Below, piece by piece: positions 29,915 through 42,200 of a stretch of DNA of 64,000 bases (position 1 is its first letter; each line of letters begins with the position of its first letter). The position numbers and the translations under genes are program-made. The stretch is taken from the NCBI GenBank assembly GCA_937937585.1, contig CALDCB010000005.1, forward strand, positions 10,935 through 74,934, given 5' to 3'. The notes under the pieces are model-generated. The model was not told where the DNA came from, ran no database searches, and saw only the letters and a list, made by a program, of their open reading frames with translations. Origin of the DNA: an uncultured Coriobacteriaceae bacterium. GTDB taxonomy: Bacteria > Actinomycetota > Coriobacteriia > Coriobacteriales > Eggerthellaceae.

Positions 29915-31081
29915 CTATTTCAAAAACATGGCATCGCCGAACGAAAGCATGCGATAGCGCTCTTCGATGGCGTGCTGGTACGCATTCATGATGTTGTCGC
30001 GCGACGAGAAAGCGCTGACCAGCATCATGAGGGTCGAGCGCGGCACGTGGAAGTTGGTGATCAGGCCGTCGATCACGTGGAATTCCTTGCCGGGGTACAG
30101 GAACAGGTTGGTGGTTGCACGGTTGCGCGCGACCAGTGCGCCCCTTCCGTCGTTCGCATTGGCATCCCAAGCGCTTTCAAGGCTTCGCGTGCTGGTGGTT
30201 CCCACGGCGATCACGCGACCGCCTGCTGCGTGCGTTTCGTTGATGGCATCGACCGTGCTTTGCGGCACCGTGTAGAACTCGGTGTGCATCTTATGCTGCA
30301 GGGGGTCGTCCTCGTCAACCACGCGGAACGTGTCCAGGCCAACTTCCAGATCGACGGTTTCCCAACGAACGCCCTTCTTCTCAAGGCGTTCGATAAGCTC
30401 GGGCGTGAAATGCAGACCCGCGGTTGGGGCTGCGGCGGATCCCTCATGGCGCGAGTACACCGTTTGGTAGAGCTCCTCGTCGCCTGCGTAGTTCTTGATG
30501 TAGGGCGGAAGCGGCGTGTGGCCCACGGCATGCAGAGCCTCGTCAAGCGAGGGGAGCGTGGTGGTCAGGCGCGCGATGCGCTCGCCTTTGGCAGCCTCTT
30601 CCGCAACTCCGTTTTTGTCGGACTCGGCCTCCTTCGCGGCGGCCCAGTCGACGATTTCAGCGGAGAGAGCCACCTGACCGTCGCGGCCGACGAAGTCGAC
30701 GACGGCGCCACTGCCCGGTTTCAGGCGCTTGCCGGGGCGGACGAGAACTTCCCAAATCGCTTGCTGGTTCACAGATTCGGTCGGGGTGTCGTCAAGATAA
30801 GCCTGTGCGGCATCGCCCTTCACCTGGCGCAGAAGGAATACCTCCGCTTGGCCGCCTGTGTTGCGCTTCGCGCCAAGCAAGCGCGCAGGCAGAACGCGAG
30901 TCTCGTTGGCAACCAGCAGGTCGCCTGGGTTCAGGTACTCCTCGATGTCGCGGAAGATGCGGTCCTCAAGAGCGCCGGATTCGCGGTCCATCACCAGCAT
31001 GCGGCAGCCGTCGCGAACTGCTGCAGGCTCTTGGGCGATCAATTCTTGAGGCAGGTCGTAATCGAAGTCACTGGTTTTCAC
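29915..31081 (-). CDS. queA: S-adenosylmethionine:tRNA ribosyltransferase-isomerase
   Basis: MKTSDFDYDLPQELIAQEP start, PLPPYI, and GTTSTRSLES. Confidence 0.96.
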   Translation of the reverse strand: MKTSDFDYDLPQELIAQEPAAVRDGCRMLVMDRESGALEDRIFRDIEEYLNPGDLLVANETRVLPARLLGAKRNTGGQAEVFLLRQVKGDAAQAYLDDTPTESVNQQAIWEVLVRPGKRLKPGSGAVVDFVGRDGQVALSAEIVDWAAAKEAESDKNGVAEEAAKGERIARLTTTLPSLDEALHAVGHTPLPPYIKNYAGDEELYQTVYSRHEGSAAAPTAGLHFTPELIERLEKKGVRWETVDLEVGLDTFRVVDEDDPLQHKMHTEFYTVPQSTVDAINETHAAGGRVIAVGTTSTRSLESAWDANANDGRGALVARNRATTNLFLYPGKEFHVIDGLITNFHVPRSTLMMLVSAFSSRDNIMNAYQHAIEERYRMLSFGDAMFLK

Positions 31082-31103
31082 GGTTGGTTTCCTTGTGGTT
31101 GGT

Positions 31104-33124
<2,021 letters not shown>

Positions 33125-33254
33125 TAGAATCAAAGATTGACTGATTGGCGATTCCGGCCTTGGCGGGCATTCGCAAGGGCCGGCTGATCGCAGAACATCC
33201 GTGATAAAGATAAGGTCTGCCGAGTTTAGTGGACCGCGAAGATTGGTTGGCAAC

Positions 33255-36017
33255 ATGGCTCTACCCAAATTTGAGCGCAAGAAGAAAGCGACCGGCACCA
33301 ACGATCGCCGCAATGTCTGGCTTTTGATCATCACCACGATCCTCCTTGTGGTCTCCGTGGCGCTTTTCATGCCCCCCGATAAGAAGATCAACCAGGGCCT
33401 CGACATTCAGGGTGGCCTTTCCGTCGTGCTCACAGCATCGACCACCGACGGCACCGACATCACCGATGCCGACATGGAAACGTCGCGCGCCATCATCGAG
33501 AACCGCGTGAATGCGCTGGGCGCTTCCGAGGCTGTCGTCCAGCTTCAGGGCCGCAACCAGATCTTGGTCCAGATCCCCGGCCTGTCCGACACCGAAACGG
33601 CTTTGGCCACTATCGGTAAAACCGGCAAGCTTGAGTTCGCCCGCCTTGATTCCTTTACCGACAGCGATGTCGTGTCGAAGATCAACAGCGGTCAGTACGG
33701 TCAGGAAAGCACCGTCACCGACGCCTTTGGCAACCAGTTCCCCAGCGGACAGAAGCAGACGCTGAAGGTTGCGGAGGGCACCTACACGCCGCTCATCACT
33801 GGTGAGAACATCAAGAACGTCACGGTTGATCGCGCAAGCGAAACCGCAACCACCTATGCTGTGAACCTGACGCTTGATTCTGCGGGAACGCAGGCGTTTG
33901 CCAATGCCACCAAGGAGCTTGCGTCTACCAAGGGCAAGATCGTCATCATCCTCGATGGCGAGGTGCAAAGCGCTCCCGCGGTTCAGTCCGAGATTCCCAC
34001 CGGCAACGTTTCCATCACCGGCAACTATACTCAGGACGAGGCCAAGAACCTCAAGACCATCCTTGAGTCCGGCTCGCTCCCTGTAAGCTTCTCGTTTTCG
34101 CAGAGCCAGGTTGTCGGTCCGACGCTTGGCCAGGATGCCCTAGCGTCCGGCGTTGTCGTTGCGCTGCTGGGCTTGGCGCTGGTCATGATCTACCTGCTGT
34201 TCTTCTACCGTGGCTTGGGCACCATCACCGCCGCGGCCATGGTCGTGTTCGCGATTTTCTATTTGGGCATCTTGGCTGGCCTTTCGCACTTCGGTCTGTT
34301 CAGCCTTTCGCTCTCGGGCGTTGCCGGCATCGTCCTGACAATCGGCATGGCCGCCGACTCGTCGGTTCTCACGGTCGAGCGCTTCCGTGAGGAAATCCGC
34401 ATGGGCCGCAGCGTTCGCGCTGCCTCCATCACGGGTGTCAGGCATGCCATTCAGACGTCTATCGACGCCGACCTCGTCACTCTGGTAAGCGCCCTGTGCT
34501 TGTTCTTCCTTGCATCCGCTTCGGTTAAGGGCTTCGGTCTTACCCTTGCCCTGGGCATCATGTGCGACATCGTCATGATGCTGCTGTTCAAGGCTCCGCT
34601 TATTCGCCTGCTTGCGCCGCGCACCATCGCCGCGCATCCTTCGTTCTGGGATGTCAAGGACGGACAGGTTGCCGCAAAGGTTTACGCCGACCTTGCCGCC
34701 GTCGAAGGTGTTAGCGCCGGCGAGGCCGAGATCGGCGAGGCTCTTGACCGCAACGAGACCGAGCGCGTGGTGAAGGAGCGTGGCGGCGACGCTGCACCGG
34801 CCCTGCTCGAGCGCGTTCGCAACGTGAAGGGCCGTTTCATCAAGCACGACATCAACTTCCTGGGCTACAGGAAGGTCTTGCTCTCCATCTCGGCCGTGCT
34901 CATCGCGCTGTCGTTCGTTGTGGTTGGCGTGCGCGGCTTGCAGTTCGGCATCGAGTTCGTCGGCGGCACGTCCGTTTCGTTCCACGACACCGGCAGCCTG
35001 ACTCTCGACGATATGCGCACTGCGTTCAGCAATGCGGGCGAGCCCGATGCGGTTATCCAGACCACCTTCTCCGATGGCGAGGATGGCTTCCTGGTTCGTA
35101 CCACCACCACCGATGCGCAGGCTGCTGCGGCTACTGCCAACACGGTTGCCAGCCAGGTTGGCCTGACTGCCGATAGCTTCGAGGTCACCACCATCGGTCC
35201 CGACTGGGGCTCGAGTGTCATCAACGCCTCGCTGATCGCGTTCTTGGTTTCAATTGCGCTCATCATCGTCTATATCGCTATCAGGTTCGAGTACAAGATG
35301 GGCTTCACCGCCGTCGCGTCGCTGCTCCACGACTTGATAATCGTGATGGGCATTTACGCGTTGGTCGGTCGCGAGGTCAACCCGAACACCATTGCAGCGC
35401 TGCTTACCATTTTGGGCTACTCGCTGTACGACACGGTGGTCGTGTTCCACCGCATTAACGACAACATGACCGACCTCTCCATCAAGTGTTCGTTCATGAC
35501 GATGGCGAACCATTCGATCAATCAGGTCTTCATTCGCTCGTTGAACACCACGCTGACCTCGCTCATCCCGGTTGTCGGCATGCTCATCTTCGGCGGCGAG
35601 ACCTTGAAGGATTTCGCATTCGCCATGGCAATCGGCTTGGTTGCGGGTGCGTATTCCTCCATTGCCGTCGCATCGCCTCTGTTCGCCATGTGGAAGACGC
35701 GCGAGCCGCGTTATGCCAAGCTTGCTAAGCGCTTCGGCGACACGGTTGGCGTGTTCGAGTTCGACCGTTCGCAGGGAACTACGGGCGTGTCGGTGGCCAA
35801 TTCGCGTTCGGCTCGTTTGAAGAGCGCCCAGGCCCAAACCGCTAATGTCGAACGTCTTTCGGCGCCCATCAGCGTCGCCGATGACGAAACGATTGATCGG
35901 AACATCGCAGAGCTTAAGGCCCTTCAGGCTGAGGAAGCGAAGAACGCAGCGCAGGAGGCGCCCGTTCGCAACGATCGTGCTCGCGGTGGAAAACGTAAAG
36001 GAAAGAAAAGGAAGTAG
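33255..36017 (+). CDS. secDF: fused protein-export membrane protein SecD/SecF
   Basis: ATG 33255 (MALPKFERKKK). SecD periplasmic domain GLDIQGG; two 6-TM RND-like bundles; SecF segment INFLGYRK...GIEFVGGT. Charged ~95-aa C-terminal tail. Confidence 0.93.
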   Translation: MALPKFERKKKATGTNDRRNVWLLIITTILLVVSVALFMPPDKKINQGLDIQGGLSVVLTASTTDGTDITDADMETSRAIIENRVNALGASEAVVQLQGRNQILVQIPGLSDTETALATIGKTGKLEFARLDSFTDSDVVSKINSGQYGQESTVTDAFGNQFPSGQKQTLKVAEGTYTPLITGENIKNVTVDRASETATTYAVNLTLDSAGTQAFANATKELASTKGKIVIILDGEVQSAPAVQSEIPTGNVSITGNYTQDEAKNLKTILESGSLPVSFSFSQSQVVGPTLGQDALASGVVVALLGLALVMIYLLFFYRGLGTITAAAMVVFAIFYLGILAGLSHFGLFSLSLSGVAGIVLTIGMAADSSVLTVERFREEIRMGRSVRAASITGVRHAIQTSIDADLVTLVSALCLFFLASASVKGFGLTLALGIMCDIVMMLLFKAPLIRLLAPRTIAAHPSFWDVKDGQVAAKVYADLAAVEGVSAGEAEIGEALDRNETERVVKERGGDAAPALLERVRNVKGRFIKHDINFLGYRKVLLSISAVLIALSFVVVGVRGLQFGIEFVGGTSVSFHDTGSLTLDDMRTAFSNAGEPDAVIQTTFSDGEDGFLVRTTTTDAQAAAATANTVASQVGLTADSFEVTTIGPDWGSSVINASLIAFLVSIALIIVYIAIRFEYKMGFTAVASLLHDLIIVMGIYALVGREVNPNTIAALLTILGYSLYDTVVVFHRINDNMTDLSIKCSFMTMANHSINQVFIRSLNTTLTSLIPVVGMLIFGGETLKDFAFAMAIGLVAGAYSSIAVASPLFAMWKTREPRYAKLAKRFGDTVGVFEFDRSQGTTGVSVANSRSARLKSAQAQTANVERLSAPISVADDETIDRNIAELKALQAEEAKNAAQEAPVRNDRARGGKRKGKKRK

Positions 36018-36024
36018 GTACATC

Positions 36025-36345
36025 ATGCGTGAGGGAAGTGCACCTAATTTCGCGCCGCCGACTGAAGAGGGCATGGTCATCGCCCTGGAAGACGAGAACG
36101 GCGACGTCGTCGAGATGGAGTTCCTGGGGCTTCTGATCCACAACGACCGTCGTTACGCGTTCTTCTTCCCGGTTACTGAAGACGAGCCCGCTACGTCTTC
36201 GGGCGAGGTTGTCATTCTTGAGGCGACCGAGCTTGACGAGGACGAGCAGCCCGTTGCCTTCGAGCTTGTTGACGACGACGCCATCTCAGAAGAGGTTTAC
36301 CAGGCGTTTCAGGTGGCCGCGAAGGATCTTTACGATTTCGCCTAA
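36025..36345 (+). CDS. DUF1292-family small acidic protein
   Basis: IALEDENGDVVEMEFLGLLIHNDRRYAFFFPV...VVILE...FELVDDDAISEEVYQAF matches the DUF1292 pattern. Confidence 0.8.
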   Translation: MREGSAPNFAPPTEEGMVIALEDENGDVVEMEFLGLLIHNDRRYAFFFPVTEDEPATSSGEVVILEATELDEDEQPVAFELVDDDAISEEVYQAFQVAAKDLYDFA

Positions 36346-36421
36346 GCCGCCGCGGCGGATCCAGGCTTAGCCTGCAGGAGATCTTTGCCTGGCCGCGATT
36401 AGACAAATCAATTGCTTTGTG

Positions 36422-36467
36422 AACGAGGATAAGAACATTTGTTCTTATCCTCGTTGCTTGTTACAAT
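36422..36467 (+). promoter_or_regulatory. 34-bp perfect palindrome (GAAC-N4-GTTC core) overlapping a TTGTTC-17-TACAAT promoter of addB/addA
   Basis: Arms 36422-36437 and 36440-36455 are perfectly complementary. -35 TTGTTC at 36439-44; -10 TACAAT at 36462-67. Confidence 0.6.
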
Positions 36468-39264
36468 GTCGGACATGATAATCGATGTTGAACATACTTA
36501 TCCCGCGTCGTTCGACGTGGTTCTTCTGCCCACCTTTGCGCAGGTTGATGCATATCGTCGCGCGCATGCCGGCTCCCAACTTTTCGGCGTGACGGTCACC
36601 ACGTTTCAAGGGTGGGTTTCCTCACTGTGGGAACTTGCCGGAGACGGACGAGTCATCGTCAACGACGCGTTGCGCATGATGGCAATGCAAGCCGTTTTCA
36701 AGGATGTGCAAAACGAATTCCTTCTTGCTCCGGGCTACGTGCACCTTGCTGCGAAAATCGCGCAAGCGGGCGCGGGCTTGCCTGAGATGCAGGGTGCGAT
36801 CGACGCTCTGCGCAATGGTGATTCCTCTGAAGGCGAATCGGGTTCAGGCTCGGCGGAAACTCTTTCTGAAAACGAGAAGGCTCTCCTTCGCGTTATCGCC
36901 GACTATTTCGATTACATAGCAGCGCGGGGCTTCGTCGAACCGGGCAGCGCCGTTGCTCTTCTATCTTCAAGCCAGGACGCATTTCCGCGTGACCTTGATG
37001 TGCTCGTTTGCAAGGCCGCTCCGCTTTCGTGGCATCAACAACTGCTTTTTCAGGAAAACGATCGCCTGCACGTGCATGTCGACGAGGCTCTGGGTGCAGA
37101 GGGCGTGATTCCCCTTCCCGAGGGCGTTTCTTGTCATTTCGGGTGCGCTTCGGGGCGTTATGCTCAGCCTGCGTTGATAGCTGACACCGTCCGTTCGCTT
37201 CTTGTCGAGGGCCCTGTTGCTATCACCTGCGTCAATCCTCTTGAAATGTACGACTCCCTTGCGCGAAGCCTTGCGGATGAAGGGGTGAACTGCGCGGTGC
37301 GCGCCCGAAAGCCGTTCGTTCAGACGGCATTCGGCAGCGCGTTCGTTTCCATGTTCGACTGCCTTTTCAGCGACCAGTGGGCTTCGGCTCTGGTGGACGT
37401 CATGCTGTCCCCGTTCTCTGGCGTCGATGCTTCCTCGGCTCAGAAGGCGGAGTCCCTTCTGCTGAACGATCGCATAGCGGAAAAAGAGCCGTACCTTTCT
37501 GCCCTTCGCGCTGATTTCGAAGAATTCTCGCAATTGGAGGAGCTTGCTTCCGATCCTGATGCCGATATTCTGCTGGGTGCCTTCATTGACAGGACGATGG
37601 CGCGGGTTGGCTGGAGCGAGGCATTCAGGGCGGAGCAAATCGAGGCGATGTCGGCACTTCGTGCCATGTACGCCGCAGCTCGGGCATTCGATCTGTCCGT
37701 GGAGGATTACATCAATCTGATAAAAGACTCGGCGATTTCCGTATCCAAGCAAGCGGTGCCAGGGCCTGTGGATGTGACCATCGGTACGCAGGACGATATT
37801 TCAACGTTGGATGCCGGGTCGGTTTCAACGCTGATCATGGCGGATATGAACAACGCCGATTATCCCGTTGCCGACAAGGACAACGCCGCCTCGGTTCTTT
37901 TCGCGAAGCTGGGTCTTTACCCTGTTGACTCATCGCTGTCTCAGGCCCGAAGGCGCTTTCGCGCGCTGCAGGGCTTGCCAACTACCCACTTTGTGTTCGA
38001 GCGCGCATTGCATGACTTCGATGCGAACGAGACGTACCCCTGCGTCGTGCTCGAGGAATTCCTTGACGCTTGCAATCGTCAAGACCTCGACCTTTCTTGC
38101 TGCGCAACCGAGCGGGGCGAGGAGGACCTCTTCGCAAATGCAGTCGCGGTGCCTTCGTCGACGATCCAATCTGTTAGCGAGGCGTTGCCCGGCAACGGCC
38201 AAGGATCGCTCTCTTCCGGTTATCGCGCTTTCTCGCTGCTGCCCCGTTTTTCGCAGACGGGTTCGTATTGCGCGCCTTCGCCTTCACAGATCGAGAACTA
38301 TCTGGAATGCCCGCGCAAGTGGTTCGTGCTCAACCGTCTGAAAGCGCAGGGAAGCAAAGAGGAATGGGGCCCGCTGGAAAAGGGTGTGTTCGCCCATGCG
38401 GCGCTCGAGCGGTTTTACCGCGCCTTTCAATCTGAGGGTTATTCAAAGGTTGACGGAGGCAATCTCAAACAAGCCCGTCAGCTGATGGGGCATGTGCTCG
38501 ATCAGCTTGAAGCCGAACAGTTTGAAATGGAGCCTGGGTCTAACAGGCTTGTTCCCTGTGGGCAGCTTGAGCAACGTGCTATGGACGCCTTCAAAAGCCA
38601 GATCATCGACTTCCTTGATTACGATGCTGCGTTGCTCCCGACGTTCCAGCCTCGTTATTTTGAATACGTTATCGGACTGCCTGGTGACGAAAGTACCGAC
38701 TGTCAGGCGAAATACGCTGGCATCGATTTGGTGGGAAAAGTCGATCGCATCGATGTCGACGCTAACGGCAACGCGGTCATCATTGACTACAAGGGGTCGG
38801 TTACCGCAGGTCATCAGCTTGCGTCTTGCGATGCCCTTCATGCGGGCAAGGTTCAGACGCGCATTTATGCGCAGGCGGTTAAGCAGGCGCTGGGACTTAA
38901 TGTCGTGGGGGCGTTTTATGTCAGCTACGGTAAAAGCCACGACATCGCTGGATCGTACGACCCGCGCGTCATCGATGCGGTCCACCTTCCGCATATCAGC
39001 CCCGACAAGTGCGCATGTTCCCTAAGCGATCCCGAAGGATGGTCGAGGGAGGCGTATGCTGCGGGGTTGGCGGGCGCTCAACTTAAGGAAGAAGATCAAA
39101 TGAGTTTGTCCGCTTTGACGTTCTCGAGCATGCTTGATGCGACTGAGGAATTGGTCAAGGTGGCTGTTGAGGGCATGAAAAACGGCTGTGTTCAGGCGAG
39201 TCCGTCAACCAAGGACGCCTGTCGTTTTTGCCCCGATTTCTCTTGTGCGAAGCGGGGTGCATAG
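36466..39264 (+). CDS. addB: helicase-nuclease complex subunit B (AddB/RexB-like, PD-(D/E)XK nuclease with Fe-S cysteines)
   Basis: C-terminal nuclease motif GKVDRIDVD...VIIDYKGS. Cysteine set YLECPRKWF ... CRFCPDFSC is typical of the AddB Fe-S domain. No N-terminal Walker A seen. Start is ambiguous (36466, or a leaderless ATG at 36475). Confidence 0.8.
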   Translation: MSDMIIDVEHTYPASFDVVLLPTFAQVDAYRRAHAGSQLFGVTVTTFQGWVSSLWELAGDGRVIVNDALRMMAMQAVFKDVQNEFLLAPGYVHLAAKIAQAGAGLPEMQGAIDALRNGDSSEGESGSGSAETLSENEKALLRVIADYFDYIAARGFVEPGSAVALLSSSQDAFPRDLDVLVCKAAPLSWHQQLLFQENDRLHVHVDEALGAEGVIPLPEGVSCHFGCASGRYAQPALIADTVRSLLVEGPVAITCVNPLEMYDSLARSLADEGVNCAVRARKPFVQTAFGSAFVSMFDCLFSDQWASALVDVMLSPFSGVDASSAQKAESLLLNDRIAEKEPYLSALRADFEEFSQLEELASDPDADILLGAFIDRTMARVGWSEAFRAEQIEAMSALRAMYAAARAFDLSVEDYINLIKDSAISVSKQAVPGPVDVTIGTQDDISTLDAGSVSTLIMADMNNADYPVADKDNAASVLFAKLGLYPVDSSLSQARRRFRALQGLPTTHFVFERALHDFDANETYPCVVLEEFLDACNRQDLDLSCCATERGEEDLFANAVAVPSSTIQSVSEALPGNGQGSLSSGYRAFSLLPRFSQTGSYCAPSPSQIENYLECPRKWFVLNRLKAQGSKEEWGPLEKGVFAHAALERFYRAFQSEGYSKVDGGNLKQARQLMGHVLDQLEAEQFEMEPGSNRLVPCGQLEQRAMDAFKSQIIDFLDYDAALLPTFQPRYFEYVIGLPGDESTDCQAKYAGIDLVGKVDRIDVDANGNAVIIDYKGSVTAGHQLASCDALHAGKVQTRIYAQAVKQALGLNVVGAFYVSYGKSHDIAGSYDPRVIDAVHLPHISPDKCACSLSDPEGWSREAYAAGLAGAQLKEEDQMSLSALTFSSMLDATEELVKVAVEGMKNGCVQASPSTKDACRFCPDFSCAKRGA

Positions 39265-39266
39265 CT

Positions 39267-42200
39267 ATGGCTCTCAAACCCGGTCAATTGAAATGCATCA
39301 ACACGCTCGATGAGCCTTTGGTCGTAGCTGCCGGCGCAGGTTCGGGAAAGACCTTCACCCTTACTGAACGCATCGTGAACGCTCTGACCAGCGGCTATGT
39401 GGACGATATCGATCAGGTTCTTGCCATCACCTTCACCAAGAAGGCGGCTGGCGAGCTGAAGTCGCGCGTCAAGACATCGCTGCGCGATGCCGGCATGATT
39501 GATCAGGCCTTGAAAGTCGACGAGGCGTGGATCTCGACCATCCACGGAATGTGCTCGCGAATCCTTCGGTCGCATGCCGTTCAGCTGGGCATTGATCCGT
39601 CGTTTTCCGTCGCTGACGATGTCATGTTGCGGGAAATGCGCAGGTCTGCGGTTGAAGTCGCGCTCGAGGAAATGCGCGACTCGTCGGCGGACGAGTTCAA
39701 GGTGCTGTTCTCGGAATATCAGGCATCTTCTTTCGGCTCTGCGTTCGGCTCTGCGTCGGTAGAGGACATGGTGCTTCGGCTTGTCGAGAAGATCCCTGCG
39801 CAGGAAGACGGCATCATGCTTATGCAGTTGGGCAATCCTGTCTCTCCCGTGGCGGTTTTAGACAAAGTAGCTTCAGCTCTGAGTTTGATGATGAGCTTGG
39901 CGGAGGGTCAAAGCGATTCGGCCAGCAAGGCCAAGTTCGTTGCGCAAGCTCAGTTGGCTTCGGAAGAGATCGCGCGTTTGGTCAACGAGGGCAGGCTCGA
40001 CGCTGCAGATGCCCTGAGCGTCATGGGGTTGCTACCGACAAGCTGCAATTTCGGCAAGGCCGATTTCAAAGAGACGGCGAAAAACCTTCTGGGCGAGATC
40101 ACAGCTGAAGCGGTTTCACTGCGTCTTTCTGCGGCTCAGCCGCTTTTTGAAACCATCCTCAAGATATCCAATCGTGCAGCCGAGGTATTGGACAAGCTGA
40201 AGCATCGCGCAGGTGTTCTTAGCAACGACGACTTGCTGCTGCTTGCCTCCCAGGCGATCGCCAATCATCCCGATATCGCAGCTTCGCTCGAAGACAAGTT
40301 CAAGCTCATCATGATCGACGAGTTTCAGGATACCGATCAATCCCAGGTCGATATGATCAAGCGTCTGGCTGGTCCCGATGCCTTCCGTCTGTGCGTTGTG
40401 GGCGACGCGCAGCAGAGCATCTACCGCTTCCGCGGGGCGGACGTGTCCGTGTACCGCCGGCATCTTTCCAATGTGCAGGCGCGCAACGCCGACGACATTA
40501 TCTATCTGCCCGACAACTTTCGAAGCCATCGCGATGTGCTGTCCTTCGTCGACCGCATTTTCGAGCGCGATGATATGTTCGGCAAGGAATTCATGTCTCT
40601 AGCACCTTCGCGTGACGAGAAAGAGGTTAAGAAGCCGTTTTTGGGTGACGGCGCGCGCATTGTCGTCCGTCATGTTTCGTATCCCTCGCGCGGCGGTACT
40701 GAACTCATGCGCCTCTCATCCGCGCGCGCGATAGCCGAGGAGTTCTCGAACTTGTCGAAAGCGGGCCATTCGGCGGGGGACATGGTCATTCTTCTTGGAA
40801 CGATGTCGCATGCCGATGTCTACGCCGCAGCCGTTCGCGACGTGGGGCTTTCGTGCGTCATCGCGGGCGGATCGGTTTTGAAGAACGCCCCCGAAACGGC
40901 GCTCGTCGTCTCTTTGCTTAACTGGCTCGCGAACCCCGCATGCGAAGATGGGCTCTTCGGCGTTCTCTCAAGCCTCTTGTTCGGGTTGACTGCCGACGAG
41001 CTCATTGAAGTTGCCACAACTAGGCGTCAGAACGGTTCCGTAAGAAGACGCGACCTTCACGAAGGCGTTCGCGTCCTGGGTAAAGCGGTCGTTTCCGACT
41101 TCGGGGCTCAGGGCATAGACGGCGCGCCGTTGTCATCGCGCTTGGCTCAAGCGGTAACGGTGCTTCGACGTGCTCGTCAACGCGTTGGCGTCAGTTCTGC
41201 GCGCAGCATTGTTAACGACCTGCTTGTCGAATCAGGTTGGATTGCTCGCATGCAGCATCAAGGCGAGGAAGGTCGCGCAAGCGTTGCGAACATGTACAAG
41301 CTCGTGCGGCTGGTGGGCGAGGCCGAGGAAGCCTGCCCGCGGGGCTCGGCAACGCTTGCGGAGCAGTTTGCAAGCCAAGTTGCCGGCATGGTTCAGGCGC
41401 CGGGCGCCTTGTCTGTTTCGGGTGGCAACTTCGTGCGCATCATGACCATCCATGCCTCAAAGGGTTTGGAGTTCCCCATTGTCGCCGTGGCCGAGATGAA
41501 GTCGTCGGGGTCGGACTCGTCGGCGTTGCTGCTTGATTCCGTCGACGGACGCGTTTTCGTATCGCTTGATTTGGGCAAATCGGTGTCAGGCGTAAAGGGC
41601 CCCGTGGCAAATATCGGCAAGGCTCTTGATGACGCCTTGGATGAAGAGCTGCTGGAAGATGAAATCCCGTCAAAGATGGCCTCCTGCGGCGACATTTTGG
41701 AATTGCGAGCTCTTATGCGAAGGCGCGCGATGCTTGGCGAAACAGAAGAGGCCAAGCGTCTGCTCTATGTGGCTTTGACGCGCGCGAAAGAGGCCCTGAT
41801 CGTGGCAACGTTCGGCAACCGTACGAAGGACAATGCCAACGGGGTGCCCAAGAATGCGTTTTCGTCGATCGGCCCCGCGCTTACTGGCGCCAATGACTGG
41901 TTCGCCCCGGGCGTGACCATGCATGAGTTCGGCGGCACGACGTTAGCGCGTGTCCAGCATGTGGCCCTGGAGAAAGATGATGTGGGTGATAGTGGATCAT
42001 CTTCGCAGAGCTCCAGCGACGATAAGTTCGCTGTACCTGTCGACAAGTCTCTTTCGGGCTTAAACGATCGCGTGTTCCTTCACGATCGCGGGGGCATTTT
42101 CAGCTACTCGGCCGTTTCGGATGCGTCTCATTCGGGCAGTTTGTTGGCAGACCTTGCTTCCAAGCACGCCGTCGAGACCAGTCTTCCCGACGTGGGTGGC

